From Proteobacteria bacterium bin106 (GTDB lineage: Bacteria > Bdellovibrionota_B > Oligoflexia > Oligoflexales > Bin106): DNA of 64,000 nt. The DNA is taken from NCBI GenBank assembly GCA_002238945.1, contig MPNI01000012.1, positions 2,805 through 66,804 on the forward strand, in the 5' to 3' direction. Positions 23,266 through 33,605 of the stretch are shown here, one piece after another (positions within the stretch are counted from its first letter, which is position 1; every line of letters begins with the position of its first letter). The notes under the pieces are model-generated. The model saw nothing but the letters and a program-made list of their open reading frames with translations. It did no database searches and was not told where the DNA came from. Made by a program: the position numbers and the translations under genes.

Positions 23266-25713
23266 TCATTTACGATGTTTATAAGCTTCAAGAGTGAAAG
23301 CATCCACAGCTACAGCCTCTCTACGCAACTTTTCCACTTCCTCAAGACTCTTAGCTTCTGTCTCGCTAATCACCCCTTTTTCTAAGGCAACAGCAATACT
23401 TCTTTCTGGCTTATTCTTAGGAAGATCACCCGATTTAATGGCCTTACGAATTTTACGTAAAATCTTTTTAGCATCATAAGATGCACTAAACACATGATCC
23501 ATAAAAGCTAGAGAATCCACAGTTCCATTAGCTTTTTTCATGGTCTTTGGAAGATATAAACCATGAACAGTCAAATCATCACGTAAACTAGATGGAACCG
23601 TAAGAGCTTTAGCAACAGCTTTTTTGGTTTTATCGCTTGGAAGAGTACCAAAAGCATTAAGACGTGTCCACCACAACAAAGGACCACGCGTAAGCCAAGT
23701 AAGCCCAGGAATTTCCAGATTATAAAATAACTCTTCAAAACCCCGTTGAATCTGAACAAAACAATAATCCACCGCATAATCTAAAGCAGGACGATGCTCT
23801 TTTTTAGAACCATCTGCCTCAAAACGACGTAAAGCACAGGTAATGAGATACATATGATTGAAAATATCTGCAAAACGACCCGTGGTAGATTCACGAAATT
23901 TTAAACCACCACCATACACTCCCATAGCCACATCAGCCCAAAAAGCAAATGTGGAAGATACCCAAGCTAACTTTTGATAATGACGACGAAGACGATAACC
24001 CTTACCTGAAGGAACAGACATAATCACATGACCACGAGTCAGAGAATGTACCATTGCTCTGGCCTTGTTGCGCACCACATGACCCAAATGCTTAGCAAAT
24101 ATCAGATCAAATGTTTTTACATCTCTATCAGCCATGGCAAATAACTCTTTTGCAGCATAAGGATGACAGCGTAAAGCTCCTTGACCAAAAATAATCATGG
24201 TACGCGTAAGGATATTAGCCCCTTCCACTGTGATACCAATGGGAGCAGCCATATACGGATGACCCAATAGGTTTTTCGGACCACAAGAAATACCCGCACC
24301 ACCAAGAACATCCATGCCACGATTAAGAACATCACGAGAAATTTCTGTACCCAAATACTTCGACATAGCAGAAACCACAGCAGGCTTACGACCACTATCC
24401 ACAGCACCCGATGTGAAAATACGCATGGACTCAATCACATAAGCCATACCACCAATATGTGCGAGCTGCTCCGATATCCCCTCAAATTGACCAATAGAGA
24501 TACCAAATTGTTTGCGTATCTCACTATATGCTCCACTCAGCCGCGCCACCAATTTCACCATACCCGATCCTTGGGCTGGAAGAGATATAGCTCGCCCAGC
24601 AGCTAAGCATTCCATCAACATCTGCCAGCCTTTACCCACCCACTCAGTACCACCAATAATCTGATCCACACTCACTTCCACGTCCTTACCAGTGATCACC
24701 GAATTGTAAAACGGTACCCCCAATGGATCATGACGCAAATCTGTCTTAACACCTTCAAGTTTGGCATCCACCAATAAGCAGGTGATGCCCAAATGCACCC
24801 CTTTACCTAACAGATTTTCAGGATCTTCAAGCTTCACTGCCAAACCCAGAGTCGTAGCCACACTACCCAAAGTGATATATCTTTTATTCCAATTAAGCCG
24901 AATAAATAAAGCCTCTTTATCATCTACTTTTTTCTGAAATATCACCCCCTTGCTCTCAATGGATCCTGCATCCGATCCCGCATTAGGCTCAGTAAGACCA
25001 AAACATGGAATCTCACGACCATCAGCTAAACGCGGTAAATAATAATCTTTTTGTTCCGCAGTTCCGTAATGCACCAACAATTCTGCAGGTCCTAAAGAAT
25101 TTGGCACCATCACAGTAATGGCAAGAGGTACCGAACGAGACGTCAGAATAGATACCACCTCTGAGTTAAGCTTGGCTGAAAACTCCAAACCTCCATACTT
25201 TTTAGGAATAATCATCCCAAAAAACTTTTCTTTCTTTAAGTAATCCCACACCTCTTGAGGTAAATCACGATCACGATACACCTCCCAATCATCTACCATA
25301 GAACAGAGATGATCGACTTTATCATCCACAAAAGCCTGCTCTTCAGCACTGATACGTTGCCACGGCTCTTTGAGAACACGAGTAAAATCAATTTTTCCAG
25401 AAAACAACTCTTTTTCAATCCACGTATCACCAGCTTCAATAGCTACTTTTTCTGTCTGAGAAATGCTAGGCATAGCCCCTAGTTTATCCAGTACTTTCAT
25501 CACCATAGAAGAAAAGAAACGTCTTCTCAAAGGAGTTATAGCAAAGAACAAAGCCACTGCCACAATAAGGACCGTAAGAAACCACGTACCACCAAGAAGC
25601 AATACACTACCTCCTAACACAACACCCCATAGCCAAGCAGGCATCCCAAAGTAGGCAAGCAACAGCGCAACGAATACAAAAACCAGCAAACTAGTGAAGA
25701 ACCCTAAAGCCAT
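23266..25713 (-). CDS. fadE: Acyl-CoA dehydrogenase, FadE type (membrane-anchored, 815 aa)
   Basis: MVPNSLGPAELL, PCFGLTEPNAGSDAGSI, ITVEGANILTR, FGQGALRCHPY. Confidence 0.93.
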   Translation of the reverse strand: MALGFFTSLLVFVFVALLLAYFGMPAWLWGVVLGGSVLLLGGTWFLTVLIVAVALFFAITPLRRRFFSSMVMKVLDKLGAMPSISQTEKVAIEAGDTWIEKELFSGKIDFTRVLKEPWQRISAEEQAFVDDKVDHLCSMVDDWEVYRDRDLPQEVWDYLKKEKFFGMIIPKKYGGLEFSAKLNSEVVSILTSRSVPLAITVMVPNSLGPAELLVHYGTAEQKDYYLPRLADGREIPCFGLTEPNAGSDAGSIESKGVIFQKKVDDKEALFIRLNWNKRYITLGSVATTLGLAVKLEDPENLLGKGVHLGITCLLVDAKLEGVKTDLRHDPLGVPFYNSVITGKDVEVSVDQIIGGTEWVGKGWQMLMECLAAGRAISLPAQGSGMVKLVARLSGAYSEIRKQFGISIGQFEGISEQLAHIGGMAYVIESMRIFTSGAVDSGRKPAVVSAMSKYLGTEISRDVLNRGMDVLGGAGISCGPKNLLGHPYMAAPIGITVEGANILTRTMIIFGQGALRCHPYAAKELFAMADRDVKTFDLIFAKHLGHVVRNKARAMVHSLTRGHVIMSVPSGKGYRLRRHYQKLAWVSSTFAFWADVAMGVYGGGLKFRESTTGRFADIFNHMYLITCALRRFEADGSKKEHRPALDYAVDYCFVQIQRGFEELFYNLEIPGLTWLTRGPLLWWTRLNAFGTLPSDKTKKAVAKALTVPSSLRDDLTVHGLYLPKTMKKANGTVDSLAFMDHVFSASYDAKKILRKIRKAIKSGDLPKNKPERSIAVALEKGVISETEAKSLEEVEKLRREAVAVDAFTLEAYKHRK

Positions 25714-26040
25714 AGTCTTATCCTTAAAATTGCTAAAATCACCTCAAGTCTACACGCCACCCAGCTTTCTCTTTCTTTTCCTTTATAGCATCTCAACATC
25801 TCACGCTCTATATCTTATGTACAATCATAAGTCCTATCAATACACTAACTAACCTAACTATGATTCATCGATTCATCAAAGTAGGCTACGTCTTTATCTT
25901 TGACGGATTCTCCTTCTTTGAGCTCTTGTTATATGTCTCGTTGCATTCTTCTTGCTCGTCTATGTCATCCGAATAAACCATCTAACAAACACATAAACCA
26001 GCAATGACAACAAGATACTGCTGAATATTCTGCTGGAAAC

Positions 26041-26410
26041 AGGCAAGAAACAAGCATCAGAAACAAAAGCAAAAGCAGCATGGAATAAAGATCCATTGAC
26101 TACCATAATGATTTTAGGGTAGCAAAGGTCTAAACACAACTTTACTTGCTAAAAACCCTGCTGAAAACCCTGCTCATAACTTAGCACAGCAGGATACATA
26201 AGAAATGTGTGTCATGACTGATTATACTGGCTCATAATACTGACTGACTCATCATGTTTTTACACACATAGATACACACACCAAACAGCTCACACATCAG
26301 AGCCAACAACTCACATCTTTATCTACTTACTATCCATCAGCCTATCCACCGGCTAGCAACAGATGGTTCTTTATATCCTCTCTATCCTCTCTACTGTTTT
26401 GCCTAACCTC
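26041..26410. repeat. Diverged ~370-bp direct repeat, copy 1
   Basis: Collinear blocks shared with 32020-32375: aaacaagcatcagaaacaa, atggaataaagatc, gcaggatacata, ctgactcatcat, agccaacaactcacatcttta, ctacttactatcca. Confidence 0.85.
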
Positions 26411-27227
26411 AACTATCATATAACCTCAAACAACATACTACCACTCGGATATACACGAAAACATATTACTCTGTCTCTAAAACAACACCACCACAGCCCT
26501 GATGATGGATCTTAGATTCCATCTAAAAATGCTTTATCTTCAACTTCAACTCTTACAAGCAACATATAAAATACATCTTTTGTTATTTTTCGTTGATACA
26601 TTCTCACAACTCACGAGTTCTTATCAGACCTGCTATCCATGCATACCTCTTTGCCATCTTTCAAAAACACTCAACAAAGACCCTTGATGGTAACCTTCAT
26701 TTTACGAACAACATCATCATGAACAGCCTTTTTAAGCTAAATTTTTAAAACTAGGTTTTTAAGACATACAGCTCATTACAGCGTCTGTGCTAACAAGGTA
26801 AGATAAAAATACACTTTTGATAAGCTCAATGGCAAAAAATGGCATAAATTCTTCATAAAGAACTGAGACCTTTTAAATCTTTTCAGCCATCACGTGAATC
26901 ACTATTGAAACGCATCCCATATGACTTTCACCATACCGAATTCTGAAAAAACACACACAATCTTAGCTGATTTCATCATGTATTCTCTCTACTTTTTTAG
27001 ACACCATCGGCACAACTAGATCATGACACAGCTACTATTGATATAGATGATATAGAACGAGAGCCCTCTTGAATTTTTAGCTATTCCGGTAGAATATAGA
27101 TAGAAAGCCTAACTAAGACAAACATATCCCCCATACTCTACAAGACTGTCATCCATGAAACTTCACCCATGAAACCCTCATAACCTATTACCCAACAAGT
27201 CACCTAACAAGCAGTCGAGCTCCTCAC

Positions 27228-28364
27228 ATGAGTCCAAAAAACATCACATCTACAAGAGTCGCTGTAACCACTATAATCACCGTGTTATGGCTATGGATGC
27301 CTTATCCACAAGGAGTATCACTTCCTTTAGGCAATGACTTTCAACGACTCACCCCGTCATCTTCAGGTATTGACTTTATCAGTATCGAATCATCCTATCC
27401 CACCCCAGAAGGTGCTGTGATTATAGGATCAAGTATGGTGCACTCTGTTAGCGTACTACCCGTCATTATCGAACCAGGCATCAGAACCCAACGTTCAGTA
27501 GATACCCTCACTACCGCCCATCAGCATCTCTCTATTGGTCTTGGTAAAAATGTTGAGATCAGTGCACAGTTTCCTGTAACGATCTATGCTGCCAGCCTTG
27601 ATCATCCCAGTGACAAAGGAGATCTTTCAAGCCCGGGACTGTTATATGCTGGAGCAGGAGCTAAATTCCGCTTCCATAAAAAGCATCACTATGAGTTTGC
27701 TCTTGGCACCGAGCTCGGTACCGACCTCATGGATAATAACCCTTATTCAGGCGATACCATGTCACTCCTCACAAACGTCTACATCAGTGCTACCGCTGAG
27801 TATAATCCTGTCATTTTAGGCTTCAACCTCGGCTATAAATTTCGCACAACAGGTGATGCCATCGCCACTGAAAACACCAATATACCCATCCAACCCATTC
27901 CACACACTTTGATTTTTGCCACAGGAATACGCTATTCAACAGCACATTATGGCGCACTCATCGCTGAGCTTTATGGCTCCCATGCACTTATAGATGACAG
28001 CAGAAACCAAACAGATAGGAGTGCCACAAGCATAGAAGCATTGGTGGGTTATTCAAGAGTATTTGCGAGTGGATTTGGCATCAAAGCTGCCGGAGGAGCT
28101 GAAATCCTAAAAGGTATCGGTACCGCACAATATCGCATTCTCGCTGGTATCGACTACCAATTTCCTTTAAACAAAATCGCCATAAATACCCCATCCACAA
28201 ACAGCACAAAAAATACCTCCATACCTAAAAAGCCCCAACCCAAACAAAGCCCCAAAACCTTCGATAACTGGGAAGATGAACTAGAACAACTTCAAAAAGA
28301 AGATGCTGAAAAAGAAGAAGAAAATCCTGATGATGATGACGAAGTAGATTACCCTACTTTTTAA
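27228..28364 (+). CDS. Putative outer-membrane beta-barrel protein with acidic C-terminal tail
   Basis: Signal peptide; amphipathic strands (GFNLGYKFR, ATGIRY, LIAELYG, EALVGYS, YRILAGIDYQF); no OmpA C-terminal domain seen. Confidence 0.6.
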   Translation: MSPKNITSTRVAVTTIITVLWLWMPYPQGVSLPLGNDFQRLTPSSSGIDFISIESSYPTPEGAVIIGSSMVHSVSVLPVIIEPGIRTQRSVDTLTTAHQHLSIGLGKNVEISAQFPVTIYAASLDHPSDKGDLSSPGLLYAGAGAKFRFHKKHHYEFALGTELGTDLMDNNPYSGDTMSLLTNVYISATAEYNPVILGFNLGYKFRTTGDAIATENTNIPIQPIPHTLIFATGIRYSTAHYGALIAELYGSHALIDDSRNQTDRSATSIEALVGYSRVFASGFGIKAAGGAEILKGIGTAQYRILAGIDYQFPLNKIAINTPSTNSTKNTSIPKKPQPKQSPKTFDNWEDELEQLQKEDAEKEEENPDDDDEVDYPTF

Positions 28365-29179
28365 CAGCATTCTGTGGTTTCAATGTAAGATATACATCAA
28401 CTAACCATACAGCTTTTATGGACGTTACAAGAATTCTGAAGCACAGCGGAGGTTTGGTGACCCACAAGATCGAAAAAGGCGATATATCTAGAATTTGTGA
28501 TATAACCGTAGGCTTTTCTTTAAAATCCTAAAAAACATCTTATAAGATCTCATTTTGATGGAAATAAATAACCACTCTTTTACAAAAAGAATCTAAAGCC
28601 TACGTGCATTTTCGATGTTAATCAGAAATAACGCATTTTGAGCTGTTCTTCTTTGAAGAATTCATTTAGATTGCAATCTGCCAGTAACATACCATTACTA
28701 GATAACAACAGAAAAATCAATAAAATGAGAATCTCTCATAAAATCCAGTTGCAACATAAAAAAAATCTTTCTTATAGATTGTGACATCATTTGTAAGAAA
28801 GAAAAGTACTACTGGATTGTGCTTATAGTCACAATACAGTCACATTGAGTTAAGACTTTGCTGCAAAACTATATATGATAGTATTCAACAATGTAACTTA
28901 ATCAAGATTTTAACCAAGTCTTACAAATTTTTACCACATAAATCCTCAATCACCGAGTGCAAAACCGACGATAAGGAGAAGCATGAATATAATAACTGAA
29001 ATCACTGATGCTAACAAGCCGAATGCATAATGAACGATCTTATTGCCTCAAATTTTTGATGTCCAAGCCTGGATGGGGGCGTAACTTGGAAACAGAATCT
29101 TTAATTTGATCTCATTGATCTTGCCATCAACTTTTTCTTCTTATGGCCGTAATTCCTAGTTTCTAGATTATCAATTTGA

Positions 29180-29775
29180 GGTACTTTTTAGAAGACATTA
29201 TTAGCAATTTCCTTCATCTTTTGCTCATCATCATCTTTACAATTCTTTAATTTACTGGCATTGGCTCTTATCTTTATGCCATTAATACCAACTTCATTAA
29301 AGCCTTTGAGACGATTCTTTCTAAATCAACACATTGTTCTGTAACTCGGGAAGTTACCACCACATAAAAATCGTAAAGCCACATCTTAGATGAGCTTCGT
29401 TTCTATTTCGCAAGAAAAGAATATGCCCTTAGCATAAGAGTATGCATATAATACCCAAACATCATTAAAGGATTATGAGCACTTTACCAGGTATTTTTCT
29501 ATTCTCAAATCTATCATAAAAAGATTTGGGGTTACCTTGTTCGTAGAATGTATTTAAGAGGTCACAGACAAAAACAAAAGTAATCTTTAGGCAACCAATC
29601 CACTGATCTTGATGAAATGAGAGAGCCTTGCCATAAATTGAATGTTTTCAATTTGACTCGCTTTCTCATAGATAAATGAAAATTCTAATGAAAATGAAAA
29701 ACCTCTCAATCCCTTATGTAGGCAGGGATTGAGAGGTTTGAGATGTGATTTTTTAAAAAACTTCAAACATAGCAG
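29180..29775 (-). mobile_element. IS1182-family transposase remnant (5' part, frameshifted)
   Basis: Pieces read across frames from ATG 29669: MRKRVKLKTFNLWQGSLISSRSVDWLPKDY; HNPLMM; LYAYSYAKGIFFSCEIETKLI*DVALRFLCGGNFPSYRTMC*FRKNRL; KIRANASK. These resemble DUF772/IS1182 motifs. Confidence 0.75.
29699..29739. repeat. Perfect 16-bp inverted repeat upstream of the IS1182 remnant
   Basis: AAACCTCTCAATCCCT-tatgtaggc-AGGGATTGAGAGGTTT. Confidence 0.85.
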
Positions 29776-30069
29776 CATGTACAAAGACATTAAGAGTCTC
29801 TAATACCCTCCATACATTTAAGCTTGTTGCCAACTAAATAACTCTTAAAGAATCAAACAAAATCCCTTTTTTAATACCAAATTTAGCTTACTTTTGATTA
29901 CATATATGATCAATATTCCTTTCGTATCATCATTGTTACATTATTTATATAGAGATATTCTATTACATATTAAATTTTCATACAATCACTTATTAAGTTC
30001 TTTTTTATTCGAAAAATTCATGTGAGTTATAACTCTTCGATTAAATGCCACTACCTGATTATAAAAGAA

Positions 30070-31122
30070 CTACAGTAAATGATCATGATTAGTTTTTTCA
30101 CTGTTAAGAGCCTCAACAAATCTAGACACAAACGATCTCATTACCTCCATCGATTGTTTATCCTCAGAAGAAATTTTATTATAAGTAACGCCTGGCCATC
30201 TTTCATGATCATCCGGAAAGACCGTTTGATCAACAACAACTTTGGAATCCGATTCTCCATTGAAAGCTTTATATCCAGCTAATTGACTAAATACCCGAGT
30301 TTCTTCCTTAGAAAATATTAAACTAGTATAATTTGGATTAGGATATGGAGGTTTATACAACTTAAACTCCAACCACATCTCACTTCTCCCTAAATTTCGA
30401 ATGCTTTCTAAAACAGTATCTAATCGACCTCCTAGAAGAAAAGAGTCATCCCAAAATTGCAATGTATTACGACTATCTAACCTATGTCCGTATTTTTTAT
30501 CACCATTTCTTGGCCACCGTTTACCATTATATCCCGCCTGCGACAACAAAAAATCGAACAGAGGCCCACCATTCTCGCCTCGAGCGTCATTGACTCGGAC
30601 ATGTTCAAAAGTTCCATCGGACCTTTTATATCGAACAAAAACTGCCACAGCACCATAAAGAACTTTGCAATTTGAATAGTCATCATAATTATGGAAAAAA
30701 AATGAACCTTGAGGAGAATACGCACGTGCAGAAACATTAGATGCTGAAAAATTCGCAAAACTACCTAAAGTCACTGGGTCATGATTGTTATACACAATAC
30801 AACCGCCTTGTTGTTGTCCACTAATTGAATACTTCTGTATAAGTGATTTATCTATATTAGCAGTAGCATCAGCATTAGCTTTTTTTAATTCCGCGGATAT
30901 TTCTTGATCTATCTCTTTATCTGATCCTGCAAAATCGATATCTTCTTGAGGTTCAGCAGAAGCAACAGATGATACACTTCTAGTAACTGGGGCATTATCC
31001 CATTTATTACAACCAACAAGAAGCAAATTAAAAGCGATGAGTGCAACAAAAAATTTATTTAGATATTTCGAAAATGGGGTGGGGGGTAACACAGTGACTT
31101 TGCAATTGTTTTTTACGTTCAT
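30070..31122 (-). CDS. Hypothetical lipoprotein
   Basis: 350-aa ORF, lipobox LLVGC, no recognised domain. Confidence 0.7.
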   Translation of the reverse strand: MNVKNNCKVTVLPPTPFSKYLNKFFVALIAFNLLLVGCNKWDNAPVTRSVSSVASAEPQEDIDFAGSDKEIDQEISAELKKANADATANIDKSLIQKYSISGQQQGGCIVYNNHDPVTLGSFANFSASNVSARAYSPQGSFFFHNYDDYSNCKVLYGAVAVFVRYKRSDGTFEHVRVNDARGENGGPLFDFLLSQAGYNGKRWPRNGDKKYGHRLDSRNTLQFWDDSFLLGGRLDTVLESIRNLGRSEMWLEFKLYKPPYPNPNYTSLIFSKEETRVFSQLAGYKAFNGESDSKVVVDQTVFPDDHERWPGVTYNKISSEDKQSMEVMRSFVSRFVEALNSEKTNHDHLL

Positions 31123-31283
31123 TTAAAACCTTTTTCTTTGATTAGTTCAGTATTGTTTCTAGTGGTAATGATAAGATGTCTTAGTAAATGAAATTCTGTT
31201 ACTATAATAAGAAAAGCCTTTCGTTGTTGTTCATGTATATCTACTTATTTGAGACAAAAAAAATATCAACTAACCCATGACCC

Positions 31284-31311
31284 TTATCGGTAATGTCTTA
31301 AGATTTCTTTA
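31284..31311 (-). promoter_or_regulatory. Possible sigma28 (FliA)-type promoter
   Basis: Minus strand TAAAG-N15-ACCGATAA, about 160 bp upstream of the 30070-31122 ORF. Confidence 0.45.
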
Positions 31312-31789
31312 GACATCATTCAATATACATGGAAGGGAAGGGATTATAAGGCTATTTGGTATCCTTTGTTCGTGGCATCAACCCGCAGCTTACGCTCCCT
31401 TGATCTTACCCACACCACTCTGATCATCAAAAGCCTAAGGCTAGCCTGAACTATTACCTAAACGCAAAATGGCTGTAAATTTTGCTGGTGATCACTTTTC
31501 TACTTATCATAATAGCAACAGCAATATATGGACAACTCATTTTAAATCTGAAGATAGGGCTAAAATATATTGCTATTGTGTATCAAAAGGCAATGATCTA
31601 AAATCTCCCGGAATCAGCGAATGCATCTCTTGTCCAAGTTGCTTCTACTATTTTTGGGGATATTCAATCAAACTCCGTTGCAATGTCGAGAATCTCACTA
31701 CTCCTCGAAGAGAGTTAGCAGTCAGGAACAAAAAGAGCTCCATCCTCTTGATAATCGGGTGGAACAAGGTGTTAAGGACGCCAAAAAAC

Positions 31790-32030
31790 TTATCCCAGCG
31801 CTTTGAAGTAAGTCATATATCAAAAAGCATACTCTGAGCATGCATCCGATTTATCACTGGAAAGCAGAGCGCGTATATGCTCACCTATTTATGTGCTTTT
31901 TAACGTATACCTTACTCAAACATACCGAGCTAGAGTTCAATAAAGTTAGTATTTCTTATAGCCCTGAAACAATCTTAGACGTTTTGAGAAATGTTAAAAC
32001 ATACTTTGTTCAAGATAGCAGGCGAAAAAC
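31790..32030 (+). mobile_element. IS1634-family transposase C-terminal remnant
   Basis: SKSIL / HPIYHWKAERVYAHLFMCFLTYTL matches the IS1634 K..L..RP.yHw...ri.AH..iC.lay signature; truncated and frameshifted. Confidence 0.75.
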
Positions 32031-32375
32031 AAGCATCAGAAACAAGGGAGGCCATAAGGCACATACATAAGGGCTATCCCATACACCTAACATACATTTC
32101 AGATAGCAAAGCAGAGCAGTATGGAATAAAGATCAATGGGCTCCCATAATGATACTAAGATAGCAAAGATCTAGACACAACATCACCTACTGATGACTTA
32201 GTGAGCAGGATACATAGAAAATGTATCATGACTGATCTTACTGACTCATCATACTCTTACACACACCAAATAGTTCACACATCATAGCCAACAACTCACA
32301 TCTTTACCTACTTACTATCCACCAGTTAACAACAGATGATTCCTTATATTTTCTCTACTTTTTTGAATAGCCTCA
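32020..32375. repeat. Diverged direct repeat, copy 2
   Basis: Collinear with 26041-26410; carries an extra ~50-60 bp insert near 32046-32104. Confidence 0.85.
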
Positions 32376-32546
32376 AAACCATAAAAACCAACATGACAAA
32401 GTCTTGCCTTGAAAAATAAACAAGCAACATAAATTTTTGCTAGCTTTCATTGTTATGAACAACATCATCACTTAACTCTAACAGTATAAAATATGATGAA
32501 ACACACATAATCATTATGAATAGATTTAGCTTGTTTAAGTTAAACT

Positions 32547-33005
32547 TTAAGTCCCACTGTACAATATAAGCATAATCATTGCTACCACACCAACGAATAC
32601 AACACCAACAGAAATGACATCCATCGCCCAAGTCGCAGTGTCAGAATTCCTTTGGTTTCCGTCACTCATATGCAAGGCCATCAATTCTTCTTGTGATAGT
32701 TTTGGATCAGGAATCAGTAGTGAAATGTTACTATGTCCTTTAAGTAGTTGATCAGCAACATCTTGAATAGCTAGAAACTTTTCTTTTTCTGTCATACCAT
32801 CATGATCAAGAATAAGATCAACAAAGTTACTACTCACGCCATATTTTGCCAGGATATCTATCTTATTATCTAAATCAAACTGAGAAACATCAAAGGCATC
32901 ATACTGCCCCAAAGAAACTACCTCGGGTGAAAAACCATAGGCCTGCGAAGAAATCATCGGTAAGCCTAAACATAGCATCACAATAAATTTTACTAAGTTG
33001 TTCAC
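32547..33005 (-). CDS. Hypothetical exported protein with C-terminal TM anchor
   Basis: Signal peptide ending SQAYG; hydrophobic C-terminus; GTG start after AAAGGGA. Confidence 0.65.
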   Translation of the reverse strand: MNNLVKFIVMLCLGLPMISSQAYGFSPEVVSLGQYDAFDVSQFDLDNKIDILAKYGVSSNFVDLILDHDGMTEKEKFLAIQDVADQLLKGHSNISLLIPDPKLSQEELMALHMSDGNQRNSDTATWAMDVISVGVVFVGVVAMIMLILYSGT

Positions 33006-33605
33006 TTAATTCCCTTTCTAAAATAACATTAAATACAAAAACGTCACTATCAAAATTGTGTCAAATAAAAAAGCAGACAAGCACAAGCTAGTCCTTCTGG
33101 GGGGACATTATACACAAAGAAAACTAAAAAAAAAGAGTTTTTAATAAAAAAATAATTGGACCTACCCACAGAACAAATCCTGCAATAGAAAGGTTGTTAT
33201 ATTTGAAAGTTTTGGTGCTATCTTTGATTTCCATGTAAACAATAAGCACACGATACACGAGATATGAACTACGTTGCATTGAACCAAAAAGGGGTTAAGC
33301 AGCAAAAACATCATTATGATTGACAAAGTTATGGATCATAGCTCTTAACTTCAACTCCTGAAACTGATGCCCTTTCTTAGCCCGCTTTCTTTTAGCCCAG
33401 CACCACCTTTAACACCTCTGTACTAAGGAAGGGTTGTGATGTTACCTTAGAGCCATTATCATGATGTGTTATCAATCATGATAAGTTAATGTAGAAGGTG
33501 TATTGTAACTGAAATGTATCTCTTTATAAGCCACCTCACTGCAGTGGTTTGAAGATCTCTATTCTATTATGACACATGATAAACTGTTGTAGGAACCTGT
33601 AAGTT

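Noticed and set aside
29587..29790. 67-aa ORF
   Set aside because: It runs through the IS end hairpin and overlaps the transposase remnant in another frame.
33000..33600. Replication origin suggested by weakening of the C-rich plus-strand skew
   Set aside because: By eye the skew weakens but does not clearly invert (C-rich spacers persist at 46.7 and 61.3 kb). No dnaA or clustered DnaA boxes; the isolated TTATCCACA matches lie inside genes. A cumulative skew plot would be needed.
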